Shown here one piece after another: positions 17,512 to 26,811 of a DNA stretch of 49,903 bases. Made by a program: the position numbers and the translations under genes. The notes under the pieces were generated by a model. It saw only the letters and a list, made by a program, of their open reading frames with translations. It was not told the DNA's origin and searched no databases. Origin of the DNA: Burkholderiales bacterium (GTDB taxonomy: Bacteria > Vulcanimicrobiota > Xenobia > Xenobiales > Xenobiaceae); assembly GCA_012799975.1 (NCBI GenBank), contig JAAZKF010000120.1, forward strand, positions 1 through 49,903, in the 5' to 3' direction. How positions within the stretch are numbered: the first letter of the stretch is position 1; each line of letters opens with the position of its first letter.

Positions 17512-20500
17512 ATGCACCTTTCACGTCTCCACATCCTGTTCATCCTGCTCCTGCTCCTGGGCGGGCTCTGGCTTCCTGCCTTCCCCCATACGCCAGCCGA
17601 GCGGCTTTCGGCCGCCCAAAAGGCATTCCGGAACCAGCAGCCCGCAGAGGCCTTGGAAGCCTTCCGCTCCTATCTGGGAGTCCAACCGGAGGGACCACAT
17701 GCCACGGAGGTCCATTATCGCGTGGCCCAGTGCCTGGATCAGTTGGGGCGTTCCGGCGAAGCCCGGGCTTCGCTAGAGGACTGGCTGGCCACGGCCCCTC
17801 CCGATCCCTGGCAGACCCGCGGTTGGATCCTGCTGGCGGACCTGCGCGCCCGGGACGGTCAGAACCGCGGTGCCGAGGCCGCCTATACCCGAGCCTTGGA
17901 AGTGTCCGTGCGGGTTCCCGGCACCGTTGAAGCCCGTCTGCAGGCCTTGTTGGACCGAGGTCGCCTGCGGGCCTCGGCGTTGGAGTTCGAAAGCCGTCGG
18001 CCCGCGGCCGAGGCCGACCTTCTCGAGGTGATCCGAGGAGACTTCCGTGGGTCTCGAGGGGGCGAGGCTCGGCTGGCCCTGGGCGAGCTCTACCTGAAAA
18101 ACCCCCAGGTCTGGGACCTGACCTTGGAACGGGCTGTAGACGTCTGGCGCGAGATGGCCCGTGTTCAACCGCAGCACCCGCTGGTCCCCGAAGCTCGTCT
18201 GCGCTCGGCCCGGGCCTTCAATGCCAGCCGTCGGCATGGCGACGCGCTGGAGGACCTCGAGGCCCTGCTCCAGGATTTCCCCCGTTCGGAGCAGGCTTCG
18301 GAGGCCGCCCGGATGCTGGCCGACCTCCAGAAACCCCGCTTGAGCCTTCCTCCCTGGACGGTTTCCCGACCCGGTCGAGCCGCCCAGGTGCCTTTGCAGT
18401 TCCGCAATCTTTCAAATCTACAGATCGAGGTCTGGAAGGTCGATCTGGTGCAGGCCGTCGCCCAGGGAGCGGACCTCCAGGATCTGGCTTCCGGCCTCAC
18501 CCCGACCTCACCGTCCCGATTGCAGCTCTCTGTTCCGGGCGTGGACCTCCAGGACCACTGCTGGCATCGCCAGAGCGTAGAATTGAACTTGACCGAGGCC
18601 GGGGTGTACCTGCTGGAAGCCCGTTCGCAGGGAACCAGGAGTCGCGGGCTCCTTCTGGTCACGGATCTGGTCGGCCTCTGTCTGGCCGGATCAGAGGGAG
18701 AGGCCACTGTCTGGCTGGTGGACGCGGCCCGGGGGCAGGGAGTCTGGGAGGCCGAGGCCTGGCTGGTCTCTCCGACCGATTCGGACCGACCTCTCGAGAG
18801 TCTGACGGTGAGCGGGGCGGGACTGGTTACGATGCCCGCTCCCTCCATTCCGACCAGGAGCTTCCTCCTGGCCCGTCGCGGGCAGGACCACTTGATCCTG
18901 CCAGACCTGCGCAGCCCGGAGCGACTGCCCTCCTGGCGCGCCGTCCTGGAGACCGATCGGTCGGGGTATCGCGGAGGGGAGCGCCTGCGTTGGAAGGCGG
19001 TGGTGCGCTCCCTCAAGCCTGATGGGTATGGGGTGCCCGCAGGCCATCCCTTCCTCCTGGAGGTTCTGGATCCGAAAGGACGCCAGTTCCATCAGATTCG
19101 CCTCCAGGCCAGCTCTTTGGGAACCCTCCGCGGCGAGGTCCTGCTTCCTCAGGAGGCCCTGGAGGGCACCTGGACCCTCAACCTTCAGGAAATCGCCGGC
19201 TCGGGTCCCCCCGTGGCGATGACCCGCTCTTTTTTCTCGGTGTCTGCTTCGGATACCGACCGACTCCGCATTCGCCTCCGTCCGGCTCAGTCGTGGTGGC
19301 TGTGGGGTGAGAAGGCCCACCTGGACCTGGAGGTCCGGGATGCCTTGGAACGTCCGGTCCCGGAGGCCCGAGTCGAATGGCAGGCACGCGGTCGCACCCT
19401 CCAGATCCAGCCTCCCTTGGACCTCGAGCTGGATTGGTTCCGCCCGGTCGCACCCCTGGTCCCTTCGTCCAGTTCCGGGGTTTCTCGGGGCACGGGGCAG
19501 GCCCGGATCGATGCCAGGGGAAGGGGCACCCTGGCCATACCCCTGACCCTTCCCGATCAGGACCCGGGAATCGAAGGTTTGGAAGTCCAGGTTCGGGTCT
19601 GGGACTCTAGGAACCGTGAAGGCCTGGCCCGCACCGGGTTCGTGGTCGGTCCCAGCGCCGTGCTCCTCCAGTTGGCCCTGGAGGGGGATGTGCAGCCCGG
19701 GAATCCCGCCACTGTGCGGGTCCACGGCTGGGATCTGGAAGGGAACCCGGCCCCCGTCTCGGTTCAGCTTCGCCAGGTTCTTCCCCAGAGCCAGGACCTG
19801 GGCGTTCTGCAACTGGACCAACATGGCCGGGGCACCCTGCAATGGACCCCGCAAGGAAGCGGACCCTGGATTCTGGAGGCCCAGGCCCGCGATTCCCGAG
19901 GCGGAGGCGGGGAGGCCCACCTGTCGGCCTCCCGGACCAAACCGGCTCAGGGGGACTTCTGGATGCGGCCCGACCGCCTTCGCTATCGGCCCGGGCAGGT
20001 AGCCCGGGTGGAGCTGGGGACTCCTCGGGATGGGGCCCAGGTGCTGTTGACCATGGAGGGTCGGGGGGTGCTCCGGCGGATGGTGGTCGGGTGCCCGACG
20101 CGTACGACCCGGCTCGAATTGCCGATCGGTGAGGATCTGGCACCGGGTTTCCGCTTGCGGGCCACCACCATGCGCGACTCCGAAGAGCTGTCGGTGCACC
20201 AGGAAATCCAGGTTCCGGCCCCGGCCCAGGTCCTGGATATCCAAGTCGAGCCGTTGACTCCTCCGGCCCCCGGGCAACCAGGTCGGATCCGGGTCCGGAC
20301 CCTGGACCAGGAGAATCATCCCGTCGAGTCAGAGGTCTCACTGACCCTGGTAACTCAGGAGGCCTTGCCCGGGGAGGCTCGCCACCGTCTGGTGCCTGCC
20401 TTCTTCGGCCCGCCCTCCATGCAGACCCTGGCCATGGGCTATTCATTGGTCACCCCGCCCCTCAAGCCGGCGCTGCTGCCGCCAGCACCTGCCTCTGCTT

Positions 20501-22506
20501 CGGATTGGCAACCCACCGGTGAGACGGCTTTCTGGAGCCCTGAACTCCGGACCGGTCCGGAGGGTGCTGCGGAGGTTTCCTTGACCTGGCCCTTGCGCCC
20601 CGGGCGTTGGAAACTGCTGGCACGGGCCGTAGCAGGTAGGAACCGGATGGGTGAGTCCATGACCTTCGTGGATCTCGAGGAACGCCTCGGCTTGCGCCTG
20701 GAAGGTCCTGAGCATCTGGTGGAGGGAGACTCGGCTACCTACTCTGCCGTGTTGGAGAATCCGGGCCGGGAGGCCCTGGCTTTGAGGTTGCAGGCCCAGG
20801 CTACCAATCTCGACCTGGAAGGGACGGACCTGGTGGAGTTACAGGTTTCGGGAGGTGGTCGGGAGACCAGGCCGTTGCCCGTCCGGACTCGGGGCTCGGG
20901 TTCGGTAGATCTTGTCGTCACGGCTCAGGCTCCGGAAGTGAAGGGCCGGACCAGACGCCTCCTGCAGGTGGCGCCGGACAGCCAAATTCGCGAGCAGGTT
21001 CGCGCCGGAATGGTGGAGGATTCCGCTGTTCTGGACCTGGAGGCCCTGCCCGACTCTGTCCGGGAGTCGCGCCTGGAGTTGGCCATCTCTCCCGGACTGG
21101 CGGCGCTCCTCGGCTCGGCCGTCGAACCTCTGATGGGAACCCTGCCCAGCAACGATGGCCTGGTCTCCCGGGCCGTGCCGGCCTTGGTCCTGGTCCGCGC
21201 CCTGAAGGAATTGGAACTTCCCCGCCAGGACCTGGAAGAACGCCTGCCTGGAGTCGTGGAGGACTCCCTGCACCGCCTGGGGCACGCCCAGAACCCGGAC
21301 GGGGGATGGGGCTGGTGGGAGGGGATGCCTTCGGACATGGCAACGACCGCCTACGTGTGCCGAGGACTAGTTCAACTCGAGAAGGACGGTTTGCAGAGCG
21401 CGGCGCCGCTGCTGGAGAAGGCCTGCGTCTTTCTGAGGAAGGGTCAGGCGAAGCTCTCCGCCGAAGCGCGGCCGGCGGTTCTGCTGGCCCTCTCTGAAGC
21501 GCATCTGGTCTCGGGGCGCTCGCTCTTGTCCCTGGTCGGGCCTTCTATCCGTCTGGCCCCGGTCTCCCGAGTTAAACTGGCCCTGGCCTTGCAGAACATG
21601 GGCTACGCCGAGGCGGCCCGGGACCAACTGCGTCAGGCCCGTCAGGGCGCCGAGCACGACGCTCGGGAAGGCCTGGCCTGGTGGCCGGCCGGGGCCGGCT
21701 GGACCCAGGTCGAGGCTACGGCCTTGGCTCTGGAAGCTCATCTGCTCCTGGAGCCCGAGCACCCCCTCACCGAGGCAGCGGCCCTCTGGCTTACCCAACA
21801 GCGGGGCCTGAAGGGGTGGTCCTCTCCACGCGAGACGGCGCTGGCAGTAACGGCTTTGACCCGTTTCCTGACCTGGCTTGGCGAGAAGCCCCTGCCTTTC
21901 GGCTATGGTGTCTGGATCAACGGCAATGAGGTCGAAACAGGCCGATTCGCCCCGCAGGACTGGACCGGTACCCGTCTGCTCTCCTTGCGGGGAGCGCAGA
22001 TTCCCGAGGGTCCTCTGCGGGTAGATATCCGCAAGGGGGGAGGCGGTCGGTCCTGGTGGTGTCTCCGCCTCTCCTCGACGGGTCCCCGGCTGGTCGGAAA
22101 CCTGCCCTTGTCTCGAAGGCACTACCGCCTGCATCCTTCAGGGAAACGCCAACTGCTGGAGGATGGGAGCCTGCTTCAGGTTGGCGAGCGGGTGGAGACC
22201 ATCTTGGAGCTGAAGGCCCCTCGTCGTCTGCGTTACCTGGCGATCGAAGAGTCTTCCGCTGCCGGACTGGAGCCGGAACCGCCTTGGTCCCTTCCGGCTG
22301 GAGCCCGGGTTCAGATGCGTCCCCAGGGGCCGACCTTCTACTTTCAGGAGGTCCCCCCGGGCCTGACGCGGCTGGCCTGGAAGTCGCACGTCACTTCAGC
22401 CGGAGGGTTCACCTCGCTTCCAGCTCGGGCCTGGGAGGTCCACGAGCCCCAGGTTCACGGAGCCAGTTCGCCCTGGAAGGTGAGCATCGGGAGGGGCGAG
22501 CGATGA
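17512..22506 (+). CDS. Bacterial alpha-2-macroglobulin family protein with an N-terminal TPR-like region and no thioester motif
   Basis: The ATG at 17512 gives the signal/anchor MHLSRLHILFILLLLLGGLWLPAF. The protein is about 1,660 aa with long beta-rich repeats, then an alpha-helical TED-like region with NPDGGWGWWEG (about 21292-21324). At the position expected for GCGEQ it reads PSNDG, and no CxEQ occurs anywhere in the protein. Confidence 0.75.
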   Translation: MHLSRLHILFILLLLLGGLWLPAFPHTPAERLSAAQKAFRNQQPAEALEAFRSYLGVQPEGPHATEVHYRVAQCLDQLGRSGEARASLEDWLATAPPDPWQTRGWILLADLRARDGQNRGAEAAYTRALEVSVRVPGTVEARLQALLDRGRLRASALEFESRRPAAEADLLEVIRGDFRGSRGGEARLALGELYLKNPQVWDLTLERAVDVWREMARVQPQHPLVPEARLRSARAFNASRRHGDALEDLEALLQDFPRSEQASEAARMLADLQKPRLSLPPWTVSRPGRAAQVPLQFRNLSNLQIEVWKVDLVQAVAQGADLQDLASGLTPTSPSRLQLSVPGVDLQDHCWHRQSVELNLTEAGVYLLEARSQGTRSRGLLLVTDLVGLCLAGSEGEATVWLVDAARGQGVWEAEAWLVSPTDSDRPLESLTVSGAGLVTMPAPSIPTRSFLLARRGQDHLILPDLRSPERLPSWRAVLETDRSGYRGGERLRWKAVVRSLKPDGYGVPAGHPFLLEVLDPKGRQFHQIRLQASSLGTLRGEVLLPQEALEGTWTLNLQEIAGSGPPVAMTRSFFSVSASDTDRLRIRLRPAQSWWLWGEKAHLDLEVRDALERPVPEARVEWQARGRTLQIQPPLDLELDWFRPVAPLVPSSSSGVSRGTGQARIDARGRGTLAIPLTLPDQDPGIEGLEVQVRVWDSRNREGLARTGFVVGPSAVLLQLALEGDVQPGNPATVRVHGWDLEGNPAPVSVQLRQVLPQSQDLGVLQLDQHGRGTLQWTPQGSGPWILEAQARDSRGGGGEAHLSASRTKPAQGDFWMRPDRLRYRPGQVARVELGTPRDGAQVLLTMEGRGVLRRMVVGCPTRTTRLELPIGEDLAPGFRLRATTMRDSEELSVHQEIQVPAPAQVLDIQVEPLTPPAPGQPGRIRVRTLDQENHPVESEVSLTLVTQEALPGEARHRLVPAFFGPPSMQTLAMGYSLVTPPLKPALLPPAPASASDWQPTGETAFWSPELRTGPEGAAEVSLTWPLRPGRWKLLARAVAGRNRMGESMTFVDLEERLGLRLEGPEHLVEGDSATYSAVLENPGREALALRLQAQATNLDLEGTDLVELQVSGGGRETRPLPVRTRGSGSVDLVVTAQAPEVKGRTRRLLQVAPDSQIREQVRAGMVEDSAVLDLEALPDSVRESRLELAISPGLAALLGSAVEPLMGTLPSNDGLVSRAVPALVLVRALKELELPRQDLEERLPGVVEDSLHRLGHAQNPDGGWGWWEGMPSDMATTAYVCRGLVQLEKDGLQSAAPLLEKACVFLRKGQAKLSAEARPAVLLALSEAHLVSGRSLLSLVGPSIRLAPVSRVKLALALQNMGYAEAARDQLRQARQGAEHDAREGLAWWPAGAGWTQVEATALALEAHLLLEPEHPLTEAAALWLTQQRGLKGWSSPRETALAVTALTRFLTWLGEKPLPFGYGVWINGNEVETGRFAPQDWTGTRLLSLRGAQIPEGPLRVDIRKGGGGRSWWCLRLSSTGPRLVGNLPLSRRHYRLHPSGKRQLLEDGSLLQVGERVETILELKAPRRLRYLAIEESSAAGLEPEPPWSLPAGARVQMRPQGPTFYFQEVPPGLTRLAWKSHVTSAGGFTSLPARAWEVHEPQVHGASSPWKVSIGRGER

Positions 22507-22940
22507 AGTCCGGACGGAGCCTCTTCCCCATCCTGTTCCTCGCTATTCTGGCACTTTCCCTGGCCTGCGGGCCTCGTCCGCTCCCGGGGCCTGACGCAGC
22601 CGACCTTCGACCCGAGGAGACGGCTCATGCCTTCGCTGCGGCCGTCCTGGAAAAGAGCGAGTTGAGCGAGGCCATGCGCTGGGCCGATGCCCGGGCCGAG
22701 TTGGCCGTCAGGTCCCAGATCGGCTTCCTGGGAGCCTCCCGACGACAGGCTGTCTACCAGGTCGGCATCCCGTCCCGGAAGGGAAGCCTGTGGTCCGTTC
22801 CGATCCACATCGAAGCCCTGGAGGTGGCCGGAAGCCGCTACCAGGGGGAGCTGCTGCTGGAATTGGGCCCGGAGGGTCGCCGGGTGTACGGCTCCAGCCT
22901 GGTCCTGGAACGCTCGGACGGGGTGCGCTTCTCGATATAG
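22503..22940 (+). CDS. Small lipoprotein, translationally coupled to the A2M gene
   Basis: The ATG at 22503 overlaps the A2M stop (ATGA). MKSGRSLFPILFLAILALSLAC gives a signal peptide plus lipobox (LSLAC). The track ORF from 22056 is an out-of-context extension. Confidence 0.6.
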   Translation: MKSGRSLFPILFLAILALSLACGPRPLPGPDAADLRPEETAHAFAAAVLEKSELSEAMRWADARAELAVRSQIGFLGASRRQAVYQVGIPSRKGSLWSVPIHIEALEVAGSRYQGELLLELGPEGRRVYGSSLVLERSDGVRFSI

Positions 22941-22946
22941 GAGCCT

Positions 22947-23879
22947 TCAGGTGGGGGAGGGCTCGTTGAAGACTTCTTCCAGGAAGCGGAATACCTCCCC
23001 CCAGGCGGCTTCCGCCTGAGCCTTCTCTTGGGGAGTGACATCCCGGGTCAGGTAGGGGGCATAGACCAGGAAGCCGTGCAGGGCGTCAGGGTAGAGGTGG
23101 ATTCGGTTGGAGACGCCCTGGCGGTCCAGGGCCTTCTTCAAGAGGTGGGCCTGTTCCGGTGGGGTTATCTCGTCCAGGAGTCCCTGGAGGATGAGGACCG
23201 GCGCCTGGAGGCCAGCCAGTTGGTCTACTGCATTTCGAATCCGGAAGGACTCCGGTCGGTCCTGAGGCCCGTCGCCATAGGTCCTCCGGGTGATCGGGTC
23301 CCGTCCCAGCTTCCCCCGGGCTTTGAGGTGGTGCCACCAGCGGGGTAGGTCGGCCACACCATAGGCGAAGACGACCCCTGCGATCTGCGGCTCGCGGGAG
23401 GCCGCCAGCAGGCTGATCAACGCACCGTGGGAGGCACCCACCATGGCGATCCGGTCGGGGTCGGCCTCGGGAAGGCCACGCAGCAGGGGCAGTGCGTTCA
23501 GCACGTCACGGACCTCGCCTTTGGCGATCTCCACCATCCCTTCGGAACCGTCCTCTCCCCGGTAGGAGGGGGAGAAAACCACGTAGCCCCGCCGGGCCAG
23601 GCGCAGGCTGCTCAGGTGATGCTCGCGCGAGATCCCCGAAATCCCATCGTGGTTGAAGACCACCACGGGCCTTCTCCCGTCCCGGTTGGGCAGATACAGC
23701 CTTCCTTTGACCCTCAGGCCGTCGGAGAGATAGGTCCAGGCGCGGACCTCGACGCCCTGTTGCTGACCAAGGGGGCGTTCCCGGAGGGGCCGGGGTGGCT
23801 CGGCAGCGCGAATCGGCCAGGAAGGGAGGAAAAGCACCAAGCACAGGGTGGTCAGGAGGACACGCAGGGAAACTCGCAT
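22947..23879 (-). CDS. Secreted alpha/beta hydrolase (prolyl oligopeptidase S9 / dienelactone hydrolase-like)
   Basis: Starting at M57 of the track ORF gives the signal peptide MRVSLRVLLTTLCLVLFLPSWPIRA. Nucleophile elbow MVGASHGA. C-terminal D...H context (HLYPDALHGF). Confidence 0.75.
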   Translation of the reverse strand: MRVSLRVLLTTLCLVLFLPSWPIRAAEPPRPLRERPLGQQQGVEVRAWTYLSDGLRVKGRLYLPNRDGRRPVVVFNHDGISGISREHHLSSLRLARRGYVVFSPSYRGEDGSEGMVEIAKGEVRDVLNALPLLRGLPEADPDRIAMVGASHGALISLLAASREPQIAGVVFAYGVADLPRWWHHLKARGKLGRDPITRRTYGDGPQDRPESFRIRNAVDQLAGLQAPVLILQGLLDEITPPEQAHLLKKALDRQGVSNRIHLYPDALHGFLVYAPYLTRDVTPQEKAQAEAAWGEVFRFLEEVFNEPSPT

Positions 23880-24073
23880 CTCCGGAGATTCCGTCCGCCA
23901 TACAGGGAAACCTCTCCCAGGAGGGGATCCCGGTGCGTTGCAGGAAAATCGGGACCTGCCCGGTCCTCGGCGAGTGACGAGGTGACCGAGGGGGGGCAGC
24001 TGTGTTCCCGGCACCCCGTTGGACGAGGCGACCGACGTGATATTCACACAGACTGCGAGGGAGGAGTTTTGCT

Positions 24074-24385
24074 ATGAGGGCAGACCTGCCCGTTTGGGTA
24101 ACCTGGCTGGTGCTGACGGCCTTCGTGCTGTTGGCCCTGTTCCCGACCCGCCTGCACTTTGCCCTGCGCTTCCTGGCTCTCTTCGGATTCGCGGCGGCGC
24201 TCTTCATCCTGGGGGTCTTGGCGCCTGACGTGTATTTTGGCGCCTTTCCCCCGTTGGATGACATGATGGGCTCGTTGAACGGATGGATCGTGGGCCTCAT
24301 GGGGTTCCTCGTGGGGGTTCCGGTGGCGGTGCTGGCCTGGGGGATCCGCAGGTTGCTGACCCGACGCCAGGAGGCCGAGGGCTGA
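24074..24385 (+). CDS. Small hypothetical membrane protein (3 predicted TM segments)
   Basis: 103-aa ORF. GGGAGGAG Shine-Dalgarno 7 nt upstream. Strongly hydrophobic segments. Confidence 0.5.
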   Translation: MRADLPVWVTWLVLTAFVLLALFPTRLHFALRFLALFGFAAALFILGVLAPDVYFGAFPPLDDMMGSLNGWIVGLMGFLVGVPVAVLAWGIRRLLTRRQEAEG

Positions 24386-24478
24386 GGAGGACTCCTCCCC
24401 TCCGAAGGACTTGCCCCGGCTGGATGCGAACCTGGACCCGCAGGAGATGTCGCCCCGATCCCGGGGTTGGGAGGTAGG

Positions 24479-24706
24479 ATGGAAGGGTTTGATGCGCGCC
24501 GGACTCCACCCTGGGTCTGGCTTTCTTTGGGCCTCGGGTCGGGGTTGCTGATCACCCTGCTCCTGCGTCGCGCCATGCGCCGGACGAAACCGCGCCGGAG
24601 GATGGACCCCCGAGCCCGCCAGGTCCAGGAGCTTCTGGCGGAGGCCGAGCGTCTGCTGCACCAGGGGCGCCGAGCCCGCCCCGCGTCGGATTCGCTGGAA
24701 CCATAG
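24479..24706 (+). CDS. Small hypothetical single-pass membrane protein
   Basis: The ATG at 24479 lies 5 nt after GGGAGG (24468-24473). One TM segment (WVWLSLGLGSGLLITLLL), then a basic helical tail. Weak call. Confidence 0.35.
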   Translation: MEGFDARRTPPWVWLSLGLGSGLLITLLLRRAMRRTKPRRRMDPRARQVQELLAEAERLLHQGRRARPASDSLEP

Positions 24707-24718
24707 ACAGCCTCTGCG

Positions 24719-25474
24719 ATGCGAATCTTGCTGACCAATGATGACGGGATCCACGCTCCCGGGCTGGATGCCCTCCTGGAGGCCTTGCGCCCCTTGGGCC
24801 ACGTAACGGTGGTGGCCCCGGACCGCGAACGCAGCGCCGTGGGTCACGCCCTGACCTTCCACTCGCCCCTGAGGGTTCGTGAGTTGTCAGGAGAGGAAGG
24901 CCTGGCCCGCTTCGTGACCGACGGCACGCCCACCGACTGCGTCCTGCTGGCCTTGTATTCCTTGATGCCAGAGAAGCCGGACCTGCTCTTCTCGGGCATC
25001 AACCGCGGGGCCAACCTGGGCGATGACGTCACCTATTCCGGGACCGTCTCGGCGGCCTTGGAGGGGCTTATCCACGGGATTCCCTCGATCGCCGTCTCGC
25101 AGGTGGGACGCCAGCCGCAGCACTACTTGACGGCGGCGAACTTCGCGGCTCGCCTGGCCGAGCGTCTGGCCCACCACATCCGGATGCCTCCGCGCACCTT
25201 GCTGAACGTCAACGTGCCGGACCTTCCCCCGGAGGCCATCCGGGGGGTGCAGGTCACCCGCCAGGGACATAGTCTATATGACCAAAAGATCGTCAAACGG
25301 GTGGATCCCCGTGGACACGAATATTATTGGGTTTCCGGTTCGATGCCCGGGGGCAACACCGAGGAGGGGACCGATTTTCGCGCCATCCAGGAGGACTGCA
25401 TCTCGGTAACCCCACTCCAGACCAACATGACCCACCACGCCCTGCTTGAGGAAATAGACTCGTGGGGTCTGTGA
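24719..25474 (+). CDS. surE: 5'/3'-nucleotidase SurE
   Basis: MRILLTNDDGIHAPGLDAL...VVAPDRERSA...SGINRGANLGDDVTYSGTVSAA is a canonical SurE pattern. Confidence 0.9.
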   Translation: MRILLTNDDGIHAPGLDALLEALRPLGHVTVVAPDRERSAVGHALTFHSPLRVRELSGEEGLARFVTDGTPTDCVLLALYSLMPEKPDLLFSGINRGANLGDDVTYSGTVSAALEGLIHGIPSIAVSQVGRQPQHYLTAANFAARLAERLAHHIRMPPRTLLNVNVPDLPPEAIRGVQVTRQGHSLYDQKIVKRVDPRGHEYYWVSGSMPGGNTEEGTDFRAIQEDCISVTPLQTNMTHHALLEEIDSWGL

Positions 25475-26733
25475 ATCGGGAGGCTTTCGAGGAGTACCCC
25501 GAGGTTGGATTCCTGCGGGATGAACTGACGGGTCTACCGATTCTCAACTCGGTCCTTGAACAGGTCGATTTCCATCTGCAGCGCCGAGACCAGGTCGGCT
25601 TCCTTTATTTCGACGTGGTCCAGTTCCATCTCCTCAAGGAGACCTACGGTCGGGAGATCTCCGAGGCCTTGCTCGAGGAGTCGGGGCAGGCCTTGGCCCG
25701 GCTGCGCGGCAGGCTCTTTCGCGACCGGGACCTGGTGGCAGTCGGGGGGCGCGGGACAGACTATTTCGTGATTTTCCTGTTCTCCCCCCCGCGCCACAAA
25801 GCCAGCTTCTCGCAGTCGGACCTCAAGATGGTTTCCTGTAGGGTGGTCCAGAAACTGACCAACCTTATCAACGAGAAGGCCGCCTCTTTGGGGGTCAAGG
25901 AGAAGATCGACTTCCATTCCGGCTATACGGTGATCGTCCACGATCCCGAGACCCCGGTCGAGCGCCTGGTCTACGAGGCCCAGAAGGAGGCTGCACTCCA
26001 GAGCGATCTGGACGAGGTCCTGGTGACCTTCGTCTCCAACCTCACCCACGAGCTGCGGACTCCTCTGACGTGTATCAAAGGCTACGCCGAGACCTTGCTG
26101 GAAGGCGCCTTGGAGGATCGCGACCTGGCCCGTCGTTGGCTGCAGGTAATCAGCGAAGAGGCCGAGCGCCTGGAGCGCTTGATCAACGATTTGTTGGACG
26201 TTTCCATGATGGAGGCCCAACAGGTCGAGTTCCATTTCGAGCCCACCGACCTGTTACTCCTGGCCCAGCGTACCGCCGAGGTGCTCATGCCCCACGCCTC
26301 CAAGTCCGGGGTGACCCTGGCCGTACGCGGGACCGACGCGCTTCCGCTGATCCAGGGGGACCGGGACCGGCTCAACCAGGTCCTCTTGAACCTGGTCGAC
26401 AACGCCGTGAAGTATTCTCCTCCTGGAAGCGAGGTGATCCTGCGCTTGGGGCTGGGAGCCCCGGGTTGGGTCTTCTTGGAGGTCCTGGACCGCGGGACCG
26501 GTATCCCCGCGAGCCAACTCCCGAGGATCTTCGAGCGCTTCTATCGCATCGAGAAGGGGCGCGGAGCTCGCCACGGCGGTCGCGGCCTGGGGCTGTCCAT
26601 CGCCAAGAGGATCGCCGAAGCCCACGGAGGCGACCTGTCGGTGGAGAGCCAGATGGGCTCGGGCAGTGTCTTCCGTCTGGACCTGCCGGTGAGGGGGCCC
26701 TTCATCGAGGAAGGTCGCGACGAGGAAGATTGA
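25471..26733 (+). CDS. Sensor histidine kinase with a degenerate GGDEF-like N-terminal domain
   Basis: H-box SNLTHELRTPLT, N-box LNLVDNAVKYS, G1 DRGTGI and G2 GGRGLGLSIA. The N-terminus has LTGLPILNS and VGGRGTDYFVIF in place of LTGLxNR and RxGGDEF. The GTG at 25471 overlaps the surE stop (GTGA); GTG at 25462 is an alternative. Confidence 0.8.
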   Translation: MNREAFEEYPEVGFLRDELTGLPILNSVLEQVDFHLQRRDQVGFLYFDVVQFHLLKETYGREISEALLEESGQALARLRGRLFRDRDLVAVGGRGTDYFVIFLFSPPRHKASFSQSDLKMVSCRVVQKLTNLINEKAASLGVKEKIDFHSGYTVIVHDPETPVERLVYEAQKEAALQSDLDEVLVTFVSNLTHELRTPLTCIKGYAETLLEGALEDRDLARRWLQVISEEAERLERLINDLLDVSMMEAQQVEFHFEPTDLLLLAQRTAEVLMPHASKSGVTLAVRGTDALPLIQGDRDRLNQVLLNLVDNAVKYSPPGSEVILRLGLGAPGWVFLEVLDRGTGIPASQLPRIFERFYRIEKGRGARHGGRGLGLSIAKRIAEAHGGDLSVESQMGSGSVFRLDLPVRGPFIEEGRDEED

Positions 26734-26811
26734 GATTCTGGCCTGGGGGAACTTTTCAGGGAGGCTGCTGGACCAGGATCCCCTGGCCGATGTCGAGAAC
26801 GCAGCGCGGCG

